From the NCBI RefSeq assembly GCF_000354175.2, contig NC_022359.1:1410001-1442000 (forward strand): a stretch of 32,000 nucleotides of DNA. The letters are read 5' to 3'. Positions within the stretch are counted from its first letter, which is position 1; every line of letters starts with the position of its first letter. Below are positions 8,056 through 17,014 of the stretch, in pieces. The notes beneath the pieces are model-generated. The model was given only the letters and a program-made list of their open reading frames with translations. It did no database searches and was not told where the DNA came from. Both the position numbers and the translations under genes were made by a program. This DNA comes from Vibrio alginolyticus NBRC 15630 = ATCC 17749. GTDB lineage: Bacteria; Pseudomonadota; Gammaproteobacteria; Enterobacterales; Vibrionaceae.

Positions 8056-9762
8056 TTACGCACAGCAGTTACAATTGCGCTTATATTTGTCCATTTTACC
8101 AATACCAGGGTTAAAGGTATTGGTTGGGTCTAATTCGTGGTAAAACTTCTGCAACGAGTTTTCGGCTTCATACAAGTGACCCACGTTATGTTCTGCTGGG
8201 TATTTGGCACCACGGCTATTGAGGTGCTCTAGCATCAGCTTTTTCATCAACTTCGTGTCAGTCCCTTTTTTGAAAATGTAATCTTGATGGAAGACGTAAC
8301 ACATAAAGTGACCATAATAGAGCGCTTGAACAAGGTTCTTACTCACCTCTTCAGGCAAAGTTTCTAGCCACTCTTCATCATTACGTCGCAATGCAATATC
8401 AAGTGCAACGATGTCTTCTACGTCTTTTCGGTGAATCGTCTCGTAACGAATTGCTGCACCTGCTGCTGCAAAGCGATGTAAATAAGCTTTTTTACCTTCT
8501 TCCGGCGTACACTCGAAAAAATCACAGTCGTCTTCAACAGCCCAAACTTCTTTGAGGTATTTTTGTGCTTCAGCAATACCACCATCACTCATTTTCAATA
8601 CCAGGTGATGCTCATACTTGTCACGGAAATCCAGCATTCGCTCTGGTAAATGTTGTGGGAACAACTTGCTCGCGTAGTACAAAATGGTGTCTGGCAGATA
8701 TTTACTGACAAACGGGATGCGCTCTAAGAAATTTTCTACCTTAGCTTTAAGTGCGAACATTTTTGGCAGTTTATCTGTGCCTAACAAATCGATGGATAAG
8801 AACACATCCTTGCCGTACTTCTCTGCCATGTTGAAGATATCTCGATGCAAGTATTCTCCCATCTCAGGCAAGTTATCAAACGTAGATAAGAAGTCTTTTC
8901 GCAACTTCGTTAGTTTCGCAGGGTCATTGGTGCCAAGGTAAAAAACCTGCTCTTTTTCGGGCACTGGGTAGCTGTCAACCCGAACGGCAAAAACCCCCAA
9001 CTTACCGGCGCAGCCACTGGCTTCAAATAATCGGCGTTCATCGGCATTAAAGCGAGAAGGAATGTCAGAAGTCACGTCTCGAACACGTTCATCGTATTCT
9101 TTGTCTGACGCCATTCGCTCATCATGAATGATCTTCGCTGGGTCAAAGTTCCCTTCTTGCAGGTTTGTTAGAATTTCTTCTGGCGTTTCACCTAATCCTT
9201 CAATACCAAGGTGGTTTACCAAATGTAACTGGCCTTGCTTATCCACCTGCGCATAGATCGCCAGTTCCGTATAAGCAGGACCACGCTTAACTAGCGCACC
9301 GCCTGAGTTATTGGCGATACCACCGACCACAGTGGCACCTAGCGATGAAGAGCCGATGATAGAATGCGGTGCTCGGTTCACTGCCTTCAACTCTTTCTCC
9401 AAAGAGTGTAAGCTCGCACCAGGCAAGCAAATCGCCTGCTTACCGCCATCTAATAAGTGAATCTTCTTGATTTTGGTAATATTGATCACAACCACATCGC
9501 GATCATAATCATTACCACTCGGAGCCGAGCCCTCTGTTAAACCTGTTTTAGCCGCCTGCATGATAATGATGCAGTTTGCTTCAACACACTGTTTAATAAT
9601 CTTCCATTGTTCTAGAAGAGTGTTAGGAAACACGATAGCAAGCGCATTACCACTACCCGAACGAAACCCCGAGCGGTAATATTTCGTTTTAACCTCGTCG
9701 GTTAGAACATTTTCTTCCCCAACGATGGCTTTAAATTCTTCAATCAGCTGCTTTTGTTTCAT
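8056..9762 (-). CDS. dld: FAD-dependent, quinone-linked respiratory D-lactate dehydrogenase
   Basis: Collinear along its whole length with remembered E. coli Dld: YRSGFRSGSGNALAIVFP, MQAAKTGLTEGS, PHSIIGSS, GCAGKLGVFAVR, HRFAAAGAAIRY, YYGHFMCYVFHQDYI, YPAEHNVGHLY. I start at MKQKQLIEEF (9762, 568 aa). The listed 18-codon extension (MPAAKRCCERS...) has no Dld counterpart. Confidence 0.94.
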   Translation of the reverse strand: MKQKQLIEEFKAIVGEENVLTDEVKTKYYRSGFRSGSGNALAIVFPNTLLEQWKIIKQCVEANCIIIMQAAKTGLTEGSAPSGNDYDRDVVVINITKIKKIHLLDGGKQAICLPGASLHSLEKELKAVNRAPHSIIGSSSLGATVVGGIANNSGGALVKRGPAYTELAIYAQVDKQGQLHLVNHLGIEGLGETPEEILTNLQEGNFDPAKIIHDERMASDKEYDERVRDVTSDIPSRFNADERRLFEASGCAGKLGVFAVRVDSYPVPEKEQVFYLGTNDPAKLTKLRKDFLSTFDNLPEMGEYLHRDIFNMAEKYGKDVFLSIDLLGTDKLPKMFALKAKVENFLERIPFVSKYLPDTILYYASKLFPQHLPERMLDFRDKYEHHLVLKMSDGGIAEAQKYLKEVWAVEDDCDFFECTPEEGKKAYLHRFAAAGAAIRYETIHRKDVEDIVALDIALRRNDEEWLETLPEEVSKNLVQALYYGHFMCYVFHQDYIFKKGTDTKLMKKLMLEHLNSRGAKYPAEHNVGHLYEAENSLQKFYHELDPTNTFNPGIGKMDKYKRNCNCCA

Positions 9763-10106
9763 ATCCGTATCTCTAGTTATTGTACTTCGCTCACAACACC
9801 GCTTAGCGGCAGGCATGGCGTTTGAGCCACTATAAGCAGTCCATTTCTCTGCGTCTATGTCAGACGGGCGAGCAATACGTAATCAATAAACAACAAACAA
9901 AATAATTCTTTATTTTTCTGTCACTTATCTTTCACATTTGAGAAATTTAACGTAAGAAACAGACCGTTTCTTAAAAGAAACAATAGCAAAACCATTTGTT
10001 AACAGTTGTGCGGGGTATCTTGTTATCAATATTAGTGAAGAAAACGAGGAGAAGCGTAAGCCCCTAAATTTAAGAGGATTCTTAGAAATGAAGATGGAAA
10101 CATAAG

Positions 10107-10136
10107 CTCAACACCAATATAACGATCGGTGTTGAG
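10107..10136 (-). terminator. Possible terminator after the LysR gene
   Basis: ctcaacacc / ggtgttgag: 9-bp stem with a 12-nt loop, 9 nt past the stop. The T-run on the minus strand is poor (cttatgttt). Confidence 0.35.
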
Positions 10137-10144
10137 TTATTGGC

Positions 10145-11047
10145 TTAAAATCGATGGTTTTGACTTTGAAAGCTTGAGTATAGATGATCGATAAAAATCT
10201 TAATTTTTTCTGGTTGCTGACGAGTGTAGGGATACACCGCATAAATACCCAAACATTTGGCTGTTTCGTCTTTAAATAACTGAATCAGACTGCCTTGTTT
10301 TAAGTCTTCATAAACCAATACACGCGGTACATAGATGATTCCCAGCCCTAACAGCGCTACATTTCTCAATACAGAAGAATTGTTGGTACAGAGGTTACCG
10401 TCGACGGTGATTTGATATACCTCGTCTCCATCTTTAAACGCCCACTCATGCGCTCCGGTTTCTTGGTAGGAATAGACTAAACAATTGTGTTTAGCCAAGG
10501 CTTGAGGTTGTTTAGGTATGCCATGTTTAGCTAGGTATTGGGGTGACGCGCAAATGATCCAATTCGCATCCACCAGCTTTCTTGCAATCAGACTAGAATC
10601 TGGCAACACACCCGTTCTAATTGCCAAATCAAAACGTTCATTCATGATATCGACGAAACGATTATCTAGATCCATATCGATATTGATGTCTGGGTATTTC
10701 TGATTAAATTCATTAATCACTTGAGGAAGAATTAATTCACCAGAGATAGTAGGCACCGAAATTTTAATGTGTCCAGATAAGTTTTTACCTAAACCCACAA
10801 TGGATTCTTCCGCCGTTGCCACTGCTTGATAAACCGCTTTTGCATGAGTAAAAAACGCTCGTCCTGCTTCAGTCAACGTTAGCGTTCGCGTTGTTCGGTA
10901 GAGAAGCTGTACACCAAGCTCTTGTTCAAGCTTGGCAATCCGTTTACTGACGACCGATTTAGTCAGTGACATATGTCTAGCGGCAGCACTGAATGAACCT
11001 TGCTCGATCAAGTGATAGAAAATGATGTAATCGTCGGTATTTCTCAT
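10145..11047 (-). CDS. LysR-family transcriptional regulator
   Basis: 300 aa. N-terminal wHTH FSAAARHMSLTKSVVSKRIAKLEQELGVQLLYRTTRTLTLTEAG, then a typical LTTR effector domain. Its target is unknown. It is co-directional with dld downstream rather than divergent from any gene. Confidence 0.9.
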   Translation of the reverse strand: MRNTDDYIIFYHLIEQGSFSAAARHMSLTKSVVSKRIAKLEQELGVQLLYRTTRTLTLTEAGRAFFTHAKAVYQAVATAEESIVGLGKNLSGHIKISVPTISGELILPQVINEFNQKYPDINIDMDLDNRFVDIMNERFDLAIRTGVLPDSSLIARKLVDANWIICASPQYLAKHGIPKQPQALAKHNCLVYSYQETGAHEWAFKDGDEVYQITVDGNLCTNNSSVLRNVALLGLGIIYVPRVLVYEDLKQGSLIQLFKDETAKCLGIYAVYPYTRQQPEKIKIFIDHLYSSFQSQNHRF

Positions 11048-11209
11048 GCGTCTTCGTCAAATCCTTTGGAAGCCCGTATTGTAAACTGAAATTGGCTGAG
11101 GTGCGAAGCATCGGGTCACACTTAATATCAGAAACTCGTGACAGAGATGGGGTTGCTAAGCTCACAGGTAATGAAAAAGAGATGGTGTGAATTTATCAGT
11201 CTTCAGATA

Positions 11210-11234
11210 CAAAAAAACCAGCTTTCGCTGGTTT
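11210..11234 (-). terminator. Rho-independent terminator of the tRNA-Cys/tRNA-Gly operon
   Basis: Minus strand aaccagc-gaaa-gctggtt followed by TTTTTTT. Confidence 0.75.
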
Positions 11235-11286
11235 TAAGTTGATGCACTTGGCATCGAGATACCGCCATGGCCATATCTGAATAATT

Positions 11287-11362
11287 TGGAGCGACACACG
11301 AGGTTCGAACTCGTGACCTCAACCTTGGCAAGGTTGCGCTCTACCAACTGAGCTAGTGTCGC
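11287..11362 (-). tRNA. tRNA-Gly (anticodon GCC)
   Basis: Reverse complement: gcgacactagctcagttggtagagcgcaaccttGCCaaggttgaggtcacgagttcgaacctcgtgtgtcgctcca. 76 nt, encoded CCA. Matches the remembered E. coli Gly(GCC) body. Confidence 0.95.
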
Positions 11363-11399
11363 ATTTATTCTCGAAAGCCATTCGCTCTCAAAAGAATAA

Positions 11400-11473
11400 T
11401 GGAGGCGCCTCCCGGAGTCGAACCGAGGTCCACGGATTTGCAATCCGCTGCATAGCCACTCTGCCAAGGCGCC
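11400..11473 (-). tRNA. tRNA-Cys (anticodon GCA), second copy identical to 2758-2831
   Basis: The same 74-nt sequence as the first copy, read directly in both places. Flanks differ immediately outside the tRNA. Confidence 0.95.
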
Positions 11474-11516
11474 TTTTTATTACGCTTCAGGGCTCTACCC
11501 CGTTGCGTTGGTGGCT

Positions 11517-11544
11517 ACTTTACGGATTGAGAGAAGATAGTCAA
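11517..11544 (-). promoter_or_regulatory. Candidate sigma-70 promoter of the tRNA-Cys/Gly operon
   Basis: Minus strand TTGACT, 16 nt (atcttctctcaatccg), TAAAGT, then agccacc. It shares the aatccg(t)TAAAGTa core with the promoter at 3020-3047. It lies about 45 nt upstream of tRNA-Cys. Confidence 0.5.
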
Positions 11545-11677
11545 ACAAAAACATTTCATTTTCTGTTCGTTTGATTTCTTTTAAGTCAATTCGACCAAAG
11601 TTCGATCTTATTGGCTTAAAACGAAGCAATATAAATCTCGCTTTCAGTTCGTTTTGTCCCATGAAACATTAAGGCGT

Positions 11678-13132
11678 TTAATAGTTGCTGACCCTTTTTA
11701 GCAATCTTCCCACAACATTAGGGTGATAAGACCAAGTGTGATCAAACATCGACATTAATGCAGGATTTCCGTATTTCGATAAGCTAATCGCGTGAAAACG
11801 GTTTTTCTTCGCTTTGAGCGCATCCACTTTGGCCAGTAACTCGTCTTGTTGTTTTGGCGCGATAAAGTCGGAAATGACTACCATGTCTGCGTTTTTATAT
11901 TTATCACCGCTCATCAAGTCGATAGATTTAATCAAAGTTGGCTCTAAGTCTGTACCACCATGGAAGCTATAAGTTAGAAAGTCCGCCGCCTCGCGCAGAC
12001 CATCTTGTTTGGTTAGTTCGTAGGTAATGTGTTCCGTAGAAAAAATAATGACATAGCAATCACGTTGCTCCGCTAGTGCGATTTGCATCAGAGCATAAGC
12101 CATGGCTTTGGCGCATTGCTCAGGAAAGCCACTCATGGAACCGGACGCGTCCACACAAACAATGAAGGGGCCTTTTTCGATATCTACCGCTTTATGGTCA
12201 GGTCGGTGAGCTTTAACTTTACGTAACGTGCGCGATTTGCCTTGTGTACGATAGTTCATGAGCCGTTTATCGACTAAGTGTTTATAGAACACAACTTCAA
12301 GTTCAGGATACGCCAAAAACATCGTTTCGTTGGGAAGTAGCTTATTTAGATCATCGCTTTCGTGAATACCAACAATATCATCCGTCGCCTCATCACTTTT
12401 CTCTTCGACCAATTGAAGTTCTTCAGTGGGCGCACGATTTAGTTCAGGATCATTTACTTGCCCCGCCATACGACCGAGTTGCTCCGCAATTTCTTGCAAG
12501 CCTTGGTGCTTCTTCAGAAACTCAGCATGGCGTTTCATCACCGTTAAGTCTGTTTTACTCAACTTGGCAGATGCCATATCCCACAGGCGCCCTACACTTT
12601 CAGCATCACCCGACTCCGTGACTTTATCCATATTACGCATGGTTTCCATACGTTGATACAGGTCTTTCAGCACCTTTTCTTTATTGGCTTCAAGCTCGCT
12701 TACTTGCGCTTGTTTTATTGCATCGGTGAGGCTTTGGTACCATTGATCACAAAAGTAATGTGGGAACATAGGGTTATTCATCCCTTTGTTCTTTTCCATC
12801 ATTCGGCGAGCTTGCATGTAAAACGCAGAGTGCCATTCCAGCTTTTTAATCACATCTTCGATGTTTTCAAAAAACGCCTCTTCATCCCAGTGAATGACCT
12901 CTTGATATAAAGACAGCTCTTGTTGGAAACGCTCTGTCTCACATACCTTGGTGATCCGTTTTTTAACGCTGCCTCGCCACTTTAACAAGTGACCTTTGAC
13001 CGAAGATTTAACGCCTCGGTTTTCTGCCATCATCATGACTTGTGAACGCGCCATCAAATCATTAACTGCGCTATCGATGATGCCAGAGTCGGCCACCATC
13101 AGCGCGAGGTTAAGTCCGTCTGCACCTAGCAT
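11678..13132 (-). CDS. viaA: ViaA, VWA-domain partner of the RavA ATPase
   Basis: 484 aa. C-terminal VWA/MIDAS domain [23 protein letters not shown] ... GGTDL ... VVISDF, collinear with remembered E. coli ViaA ([40 protein letters not shown]). Begins 9 nt after the ravA stop. Confidence 0.9.
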   Translation of the reverse strand: [484 protein letters not shown]

Positions 13133-13141
13133 GTCGTCTCC

Positions 13142-14803
13142 TTATGAGAAAAACTGATGTAAGTTTTTAAAGCGTTGGATAACTTTTTCACTTTCTGCTT
13201 GGATTGATTCAAGTCTCTGACTAACCTGTTGTAGACTCGACTCCATTAGGCGGGGTAGTTCAGGATCAACAAAGCTATGCGGAAGCGCATCATGAAAGTT
13301 CGCTTTCACCTTGCGCATATGGTGTTCTGCCTCACTAAGCTGATTTACGGCTTTTTCGCTCTGCGTTAACCACTTTTGGTAAAGCTCTACATCCAAGCCC
13401 TCTTGAGTCACTAGGCTAACCAAAATGCCTCGATTCGCGATATCACGGATAGCTAGGTTATTCGCCGCGTCAATGTCAAATCGTAAACGGCACATGTTGG
13501 TGTTTTGATTGACGTAACCATACACATCACCGCTTCCCTCTTTAATGACTCGATCTAACTCATCTTTGGGTACATAAACCCAGCGGCTATCACCTTTTTC
13601 TGATTCTGAAACCGACATGTTGCTTTGCAAGACAACCAATTTAACTAAGTTAACGGCTGCGCCAACTTTGTACATCTTGGCTTTAGAGGTATCAAAGCGC
13701 ATGGTTTCTTTACGCAAAATACCCGTTGCCGCTTCAGACGTTAACGTCATGCGGTAGGCATCTTCAAGTTCATGTTGAACATCAACCAAAGACTCTCGGC
13801 AGTACTCAATTTCCTGCTCCGCGTCTTGTTGATCAAATGCATGTTTTAAGGCGAACTCTTGAACCACTTCACGTACCACATCTCGCGATTCAGGACTGTT
13901 CCATAAACAATCTTGCAGCAGTAGAAGGTCAAGCGGATTGATTTCATCGCGACCATTAAAAAACGCGCTCGCTTTTAACAACTTCACGGCTTTCTTCCAG
14001 CGGCGGTCAGAGACATACATGTCGGTCTTGGCCACATCATCAAACTGAGCTTCAACTTTGGCTTCTAACATCGTTTTAAGCTGGAAAAGCTTTTCGAATG
14101 CATTGTCGGTTAACGTCAATTTGTCGAGCTGTTGTTGCCATTGATGATATTCTTCATCAGTTATAGCTAGGCCTTCTGGTACTTGTGCCTCTTGCGATGT
14201 GCCCACAGTCAACATCGACTTAAAGTTTTGTTTATTCTGAATTCGATTCACAAACACACGCACCAACATACGGTCGTAGAGCGCATCCAATCCACTATCT
14301 TCATCGGGTAATTCATTGGAAGCCGATACCAACAAGCGCATTGGCACACGCTCGATATCGCTGCCATTTTTGAATGTTTTCTCATTAACCACTGTCAGCA
14401 ATGTATTAAGAATTGCAGGGCCCGCCTTCCAGATTTCATCCAAAAATACGACTTGTGCAGTTGGCAAATACCCTTTAGTTAAGCGAACATAACGGCCGTT
14501 GTCTTTTAGCTCTTGGATACTCAGTGGCCCAAACACCTCTTCAGGGGTTGAGAAGCGCGTCATCAGGTATTCGAAGTAACTGCTGTTATCGAACGCTTGG
14601 ATGAGTCGTTTGGCAATTAAGCTTTTTGCAATACCAGGGGGACCTAAAAGAAAAACACTTTCACCAGCAAGTGCAGCAAGAAGGCAGAGCTTGATCGTAT
14701 GTTCACGCTCATAAACGCCATCCGTTAACGCTTTCGCCAATTTATTGATGCGTTCTGAGAGAAGCGCTTTTTCGGCATTTGAGGCAAATAAGGTTTGTGT
14801 CAT
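13142..14803 (-). CDS. ravA: RavA, MoxR-class AAA+ ATPase
   Basis: 553 aa. Walker A GESVFLLGPPGIAKS, Walker B VVFLDEIWKAGPAILNTLL, SDRRWKK, all collinear with remembered E. coli RavA. Confidence 0.93.
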   Translation of the reverse strand: MTQTLFASNAEKALLSERINKLAKALTDGVYEREHTIKLCLLAALAGESVFLLGPPGIAKSLIAKRLIQAFDNSSYFEYLMTRFSTPEEVFGPLSIQELKDNGRYVRLTKGYLPTAQVVFLDEIWKAGPAILNTLLTVVNEKTFKNGSDIERVPMRLLVSASNELPDEDSGLDALYDRMLVRVFVNRIQNKQNFKSMLTVGTSQEAQVPEGLAITDEEYHQWQQQLDKLTLTDNAFEKLFQLKTMLEAKVEAQFDDVAKTDMYVSDRRWKKAVKLLKASAFFNGRDEINPLDLLLLQDCLWNSPESRDVVREVVQEFALKHAFDQQDAEQEIEYCRESLVDVQHELEDAYRMTLTSEAATGILRKETMRFDTSKAKMYKVGAAVNLVKLVVLQSNMSVSESEKGDSRWVYVPKDELDRVIKEGSGDVYGYVNQNTNMCRLRFDIDAANNLAIRDIANRGILVSLVTQEGLDVELYQKWLTQSEKAVNQLSEAEHHMRKVKANFHDALPHSFVDPELPRLMESSLQQVSQRLESIQAESEKVIQRFKNLHQFFS

Positions 14804-15072
14804 ACGTTCTCCGGCTGCTGAAGTAGTATTGCGTTAACATTTTTATACACTTGTTATGACTTTGTTACAAATGTATTTTGTCGAATTCCCCTTATAGCAG
14901 ATGCTTTTCCCCTTCTTGACGAAGCAATCAAAGTTTCCATTTATGAGACATTGCTCACTTAAAGTGCAAACGCTTTCGTCGTGTTGCAGTATTTTTTGCT
15001 TTTGTTTCCCACCATTTGTGGTTAATGTCGAAAAACGTCAAAAATGCGGTAACAGCTAGGGTTCATAACTGC

Positions 15073-15588
15073 ATGAGCAAGATAATTCATAAATGGAAGC
15101 AAATTTCTCTGATTGAAGAAGACGTTATGCTTCCTACAGGACAGGCAATTACGCACACCACAATCCATCATCCGGGTGCTGCGGTGATTCTCCCTATTAC
15201 AGCGGAGGGTGAGATTGTCCTTGTCCACCAATTTCGGCCTTCACTTAATAAATGGCTATTGGAACTTCCTGCTGGTACCAGGGAAGGCAACGAAGAGCCA
15301 CTCTGCTGCGCCAAAAGAGAGTTAGAGGAAGAAACTGGGTTTAGTGCAGAGAAATTCACGTCTCTCGGCCAAGTCACCCCTCTTGCCGGATTTTGTGATG
15401 AGATACAGTATCTATTTGTTGCCGAAAAGCTCAACAAAACAAACCGTTACGAGTGCGATGAAGACGAAGTGATTGAGGTCGTCACCTTGTCAATCAAGCA
15501 ACTCGAAGAAAAGATTGTCGATGGCACGATCACCGATGCCAAAACGATCGCTTGCTTAAGCAAAGCGCGCCTTTGCGGATATATTTAG
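15073..15588 (+). CDS. NUDIX hydrolase (ADP-ribose/nucleoside-diphosphate-sugar pyrophosphatase-like)
   Basis: Nudix box GTREGNEEPLCCAKRELEEETGF (GX5EX7REUXEEXGU). The start is uncertain. The listed ORF opens with TTG at 15016, and ATGs occur at 15025 and 15073. I chose 15073 (MSKIIHKWKQ..., 171 aa) by length comparison with NudF-type proteins. Confidence 0.8.
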   Translation: MSKIIHKWKQISLIEEDVMLPTGQAITHTTIHHPGAAVILPITAEGEIVLVHQFRPSLNKWLLELPAGTREGNEEPLCCAKRELEEETGFSAEKFTSLGQVTPLAGFCDEIQYLFVAEKLNKTNRYECDEDEVIEVVTLSIKQLEEKIVDGTITDAKTIACLSKARLCGYI

Positions 15589-15610
15589 GACTTTGACCAA
15601 GGAGACATTC

Positions 15611-16615
15611 ATGGATTTTCGATCAGATACCGTTACACAGCCCACCCAAGCCATGCGAGAAGCCATGTTTAAGGCCCCCGTTGGGGATGATGTTTATGGT
15701 GATGACCCTACGGTCAATGAGCTTGAAAAATTTGCTGCGCAGCTTGCTGGTTTCGAAGCAGCTTTGTTTACCACTTCAGGCACTCAAGCCAATCTGCTCG
15801 GTTTAATGGCGCATTGCGAGCGGGGAGATGAATATCTATGTGGGCAACAAGCACATAACTACAAATACGAAGCTGGTGGCGCGGCGGTTTTGGGATCAAT
15901 TCAACCTCAACCAGTCGAAAATAACCCAGATGGCACGCTACCATTTGATAAACTGGCTGCTGCGATTAAACCAGATGATTGTCACTTTGCTCGCACTAAG
16001 CTTCTCAGCTTAGAAAACACAATTAATGGTAAAGTACTACCTCTGTCTTACTTAGCAGAAGCACGTGACTTCGTGAATAAACATAACTTGCAGGTGCATC
16101 TAGATGGCGCTCGCGTTTTTAACGCAGCCGTTGCACTTGATGTTCCGGTAAAAGAGATCGGTCAGTACTTTGATTCAATGACGATCTGTCTGTCGAAAGG
16201 TCTGGCTGCCCCTGTTGGCTCGCTACTGCTTGGTAGCAAAGACTACATCGCAAAAGCACGTCGCTTAAGAAAGATGGTCGGCGGTGGTATGCGTCAAGCG
16301 GGTATTCTTGCCGCAGCAGGCAAACTTGCCCTTACCGAACAAGTGGAACAGCTAAAACAAGATCACATCAACGCAAAAACCTTAGCGGAAGGTTTAGCAG
16401 AACTGCCTGGTTTTTCAGTCAACCCTGAATTTGTTCAAACGAACATCGTGTTCGCGAAGCTTGATCCTCAAGTGGACATAGTAAGTATCGCTGCGAAACT
16501 AAAGGAACAAAACATCACGATAACCCCTGGAAATCCAATTCGTTTTGTAACTCATAAAGATATTTCAGCGAAAGACATCGACACTTTCTTATCAAGTATA
16601 AAATCTCTACTTTAA
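15611..16615 (+). CDS. ltaE: Low-specificity L-threonine aldolase (PLP-dependent)
   Basis: Starts at MDFRSDTVTQP (E. coli LtaE begins MIDLRSDTVT), with SD aaggaga 6 nt upstream. The listed TTG at 15593 is an over-extension. Other motifs: GTQANL, LENT, HLDGAR, and the PLS-lysine region SICLSKGL-like (MTICLSKGLAAP). Confidence 0.9.
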   Translation: MDFRSDTVTQPTQAMREAMFKAPVGDDVYGDDPTVNELEKFAAQLAGFEAALFTTSGTQANLLGLMAHCERGDEYLCGQQAHNYKYEAGGAAVLGSIQPQPVENNPDGTLPFDKLAAAIKPDDCHFARTKLLSLENTINGKVLPLSYLAEARDFVNKHNLQVHLDGARVFNAAVALDVPVKEIGQYFDSMTICLSKGLAAPVGSLLLGSKDYIAKARRLRKMVGGGMRQAGILAAAGKLALTEQVEQLKQDHINAKTLAEGLAELPGFSVNPEFVQTNIVFAKLDPQVDIVSIAAKLKEQNITITPGNPIRFVTHKDISAKDIDTFLSSIKSLL

Positions 16616-16632
16616 TTTGATTTTGATCATTG

Positions 16633-16659
16633 AGCTTCCCCTAAGGGGAAGCTTTATTG
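16633..16659 (+). terminator. Rho-independent terminator after ltaE
   Basis: agcttcccc-taa-ggggaagct: 9-bp stem followed by ttattgt. Confidence 0.7.
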
Positions 16660-16693
16660 TATCGGCATGATTTTTAGCGAATAGATAACCTCC

Positions 16694-17014
16694 ATGCTCA
16701 GATTTGTACTTCTAATCTCTTTTATTTTCTCTTCCGCTATCCATGCCGAGCCGTTTGGTGATGCTGATAAAGGTAAAATCAAATCACCTAGCTGTTTCTA
16801 TTGTCACGGTGTTACAGGCATCGCAACGAACAACACCTATCCAAGCCTTGCTGGTCAAAATGCTCAGTACCTTTACAATGCAATGAAATCTTATCAAGCC
16901 GGTGAGCGTAAAGGGCCACTTGCAGAAATGATGGCAGCACAGTTAAAAATGTTAAATGATGAAGACCTTCGTGATGTCGCTGCTTTTTATGCAGAACAGA
17001 CAGAAATCAAGTAA
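16694..17014 (+). CDS. Periplasmic class-I monohaem c-type cytochrome (c553/c4-half-like)
   Basis: 106 aa. Signal peptide MLRFVLLISFIFSSAIHA|EP. Single haem motif CFYCH. YPSLAGQ and a distal Met region (LAEMMAAQL) typical of small class-I cytochromes. Confidence 0.85.
   Translation: MLRFVLLISFIFSSAIHAEPFGDADKGKIKSPSCFYCHGVTGIATNNTYPSLAGQNAQYLYNAMKSYQAGERKGPLAEMMAAQLKMLNDEDLRDVAAFYAEQTEIK

Noticed and set aside
9763-9816. N-terminal extensions of listed ORFs: dld from 9816, ltaE from TTG 15593, azlD from 7586, AstE-like from GTG 18857, ClpV 'start' at GTG 31940
   Set aside because: In each case a downstream ATG aligns with the known family N-terminus and has a better SD or an ATGA overlap. 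For ClpV the opposite applies: the frame is open to the window edge, so 31940 is not the true start.
2758-11473. The 8.5-kb block between the two identical tRNA-Cys copies interpreted as a tRNA-targeted genomic island
   Set aside because: Integrative islands duplicate only the 3' part of the target tRNA and carry an integrase. Here the whole tRNA is duplicated, each copy inside its own promoter-terminator operon. No integrase, transposase or phage gene lies between them, and the cargo is ordinary metabolism and regulation.
14916-14931. TTGAC-gaagca-ATCAA in the ravA upstream region, resembling an FNR/CRP-type box
   Set aside because: The half-site spacing is 6 nt, whereas FNR requires TTGAT-N4-ATCAA. 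It is also on the far side of the spacer, about 115 nt from the ravA start. It does not support a call.
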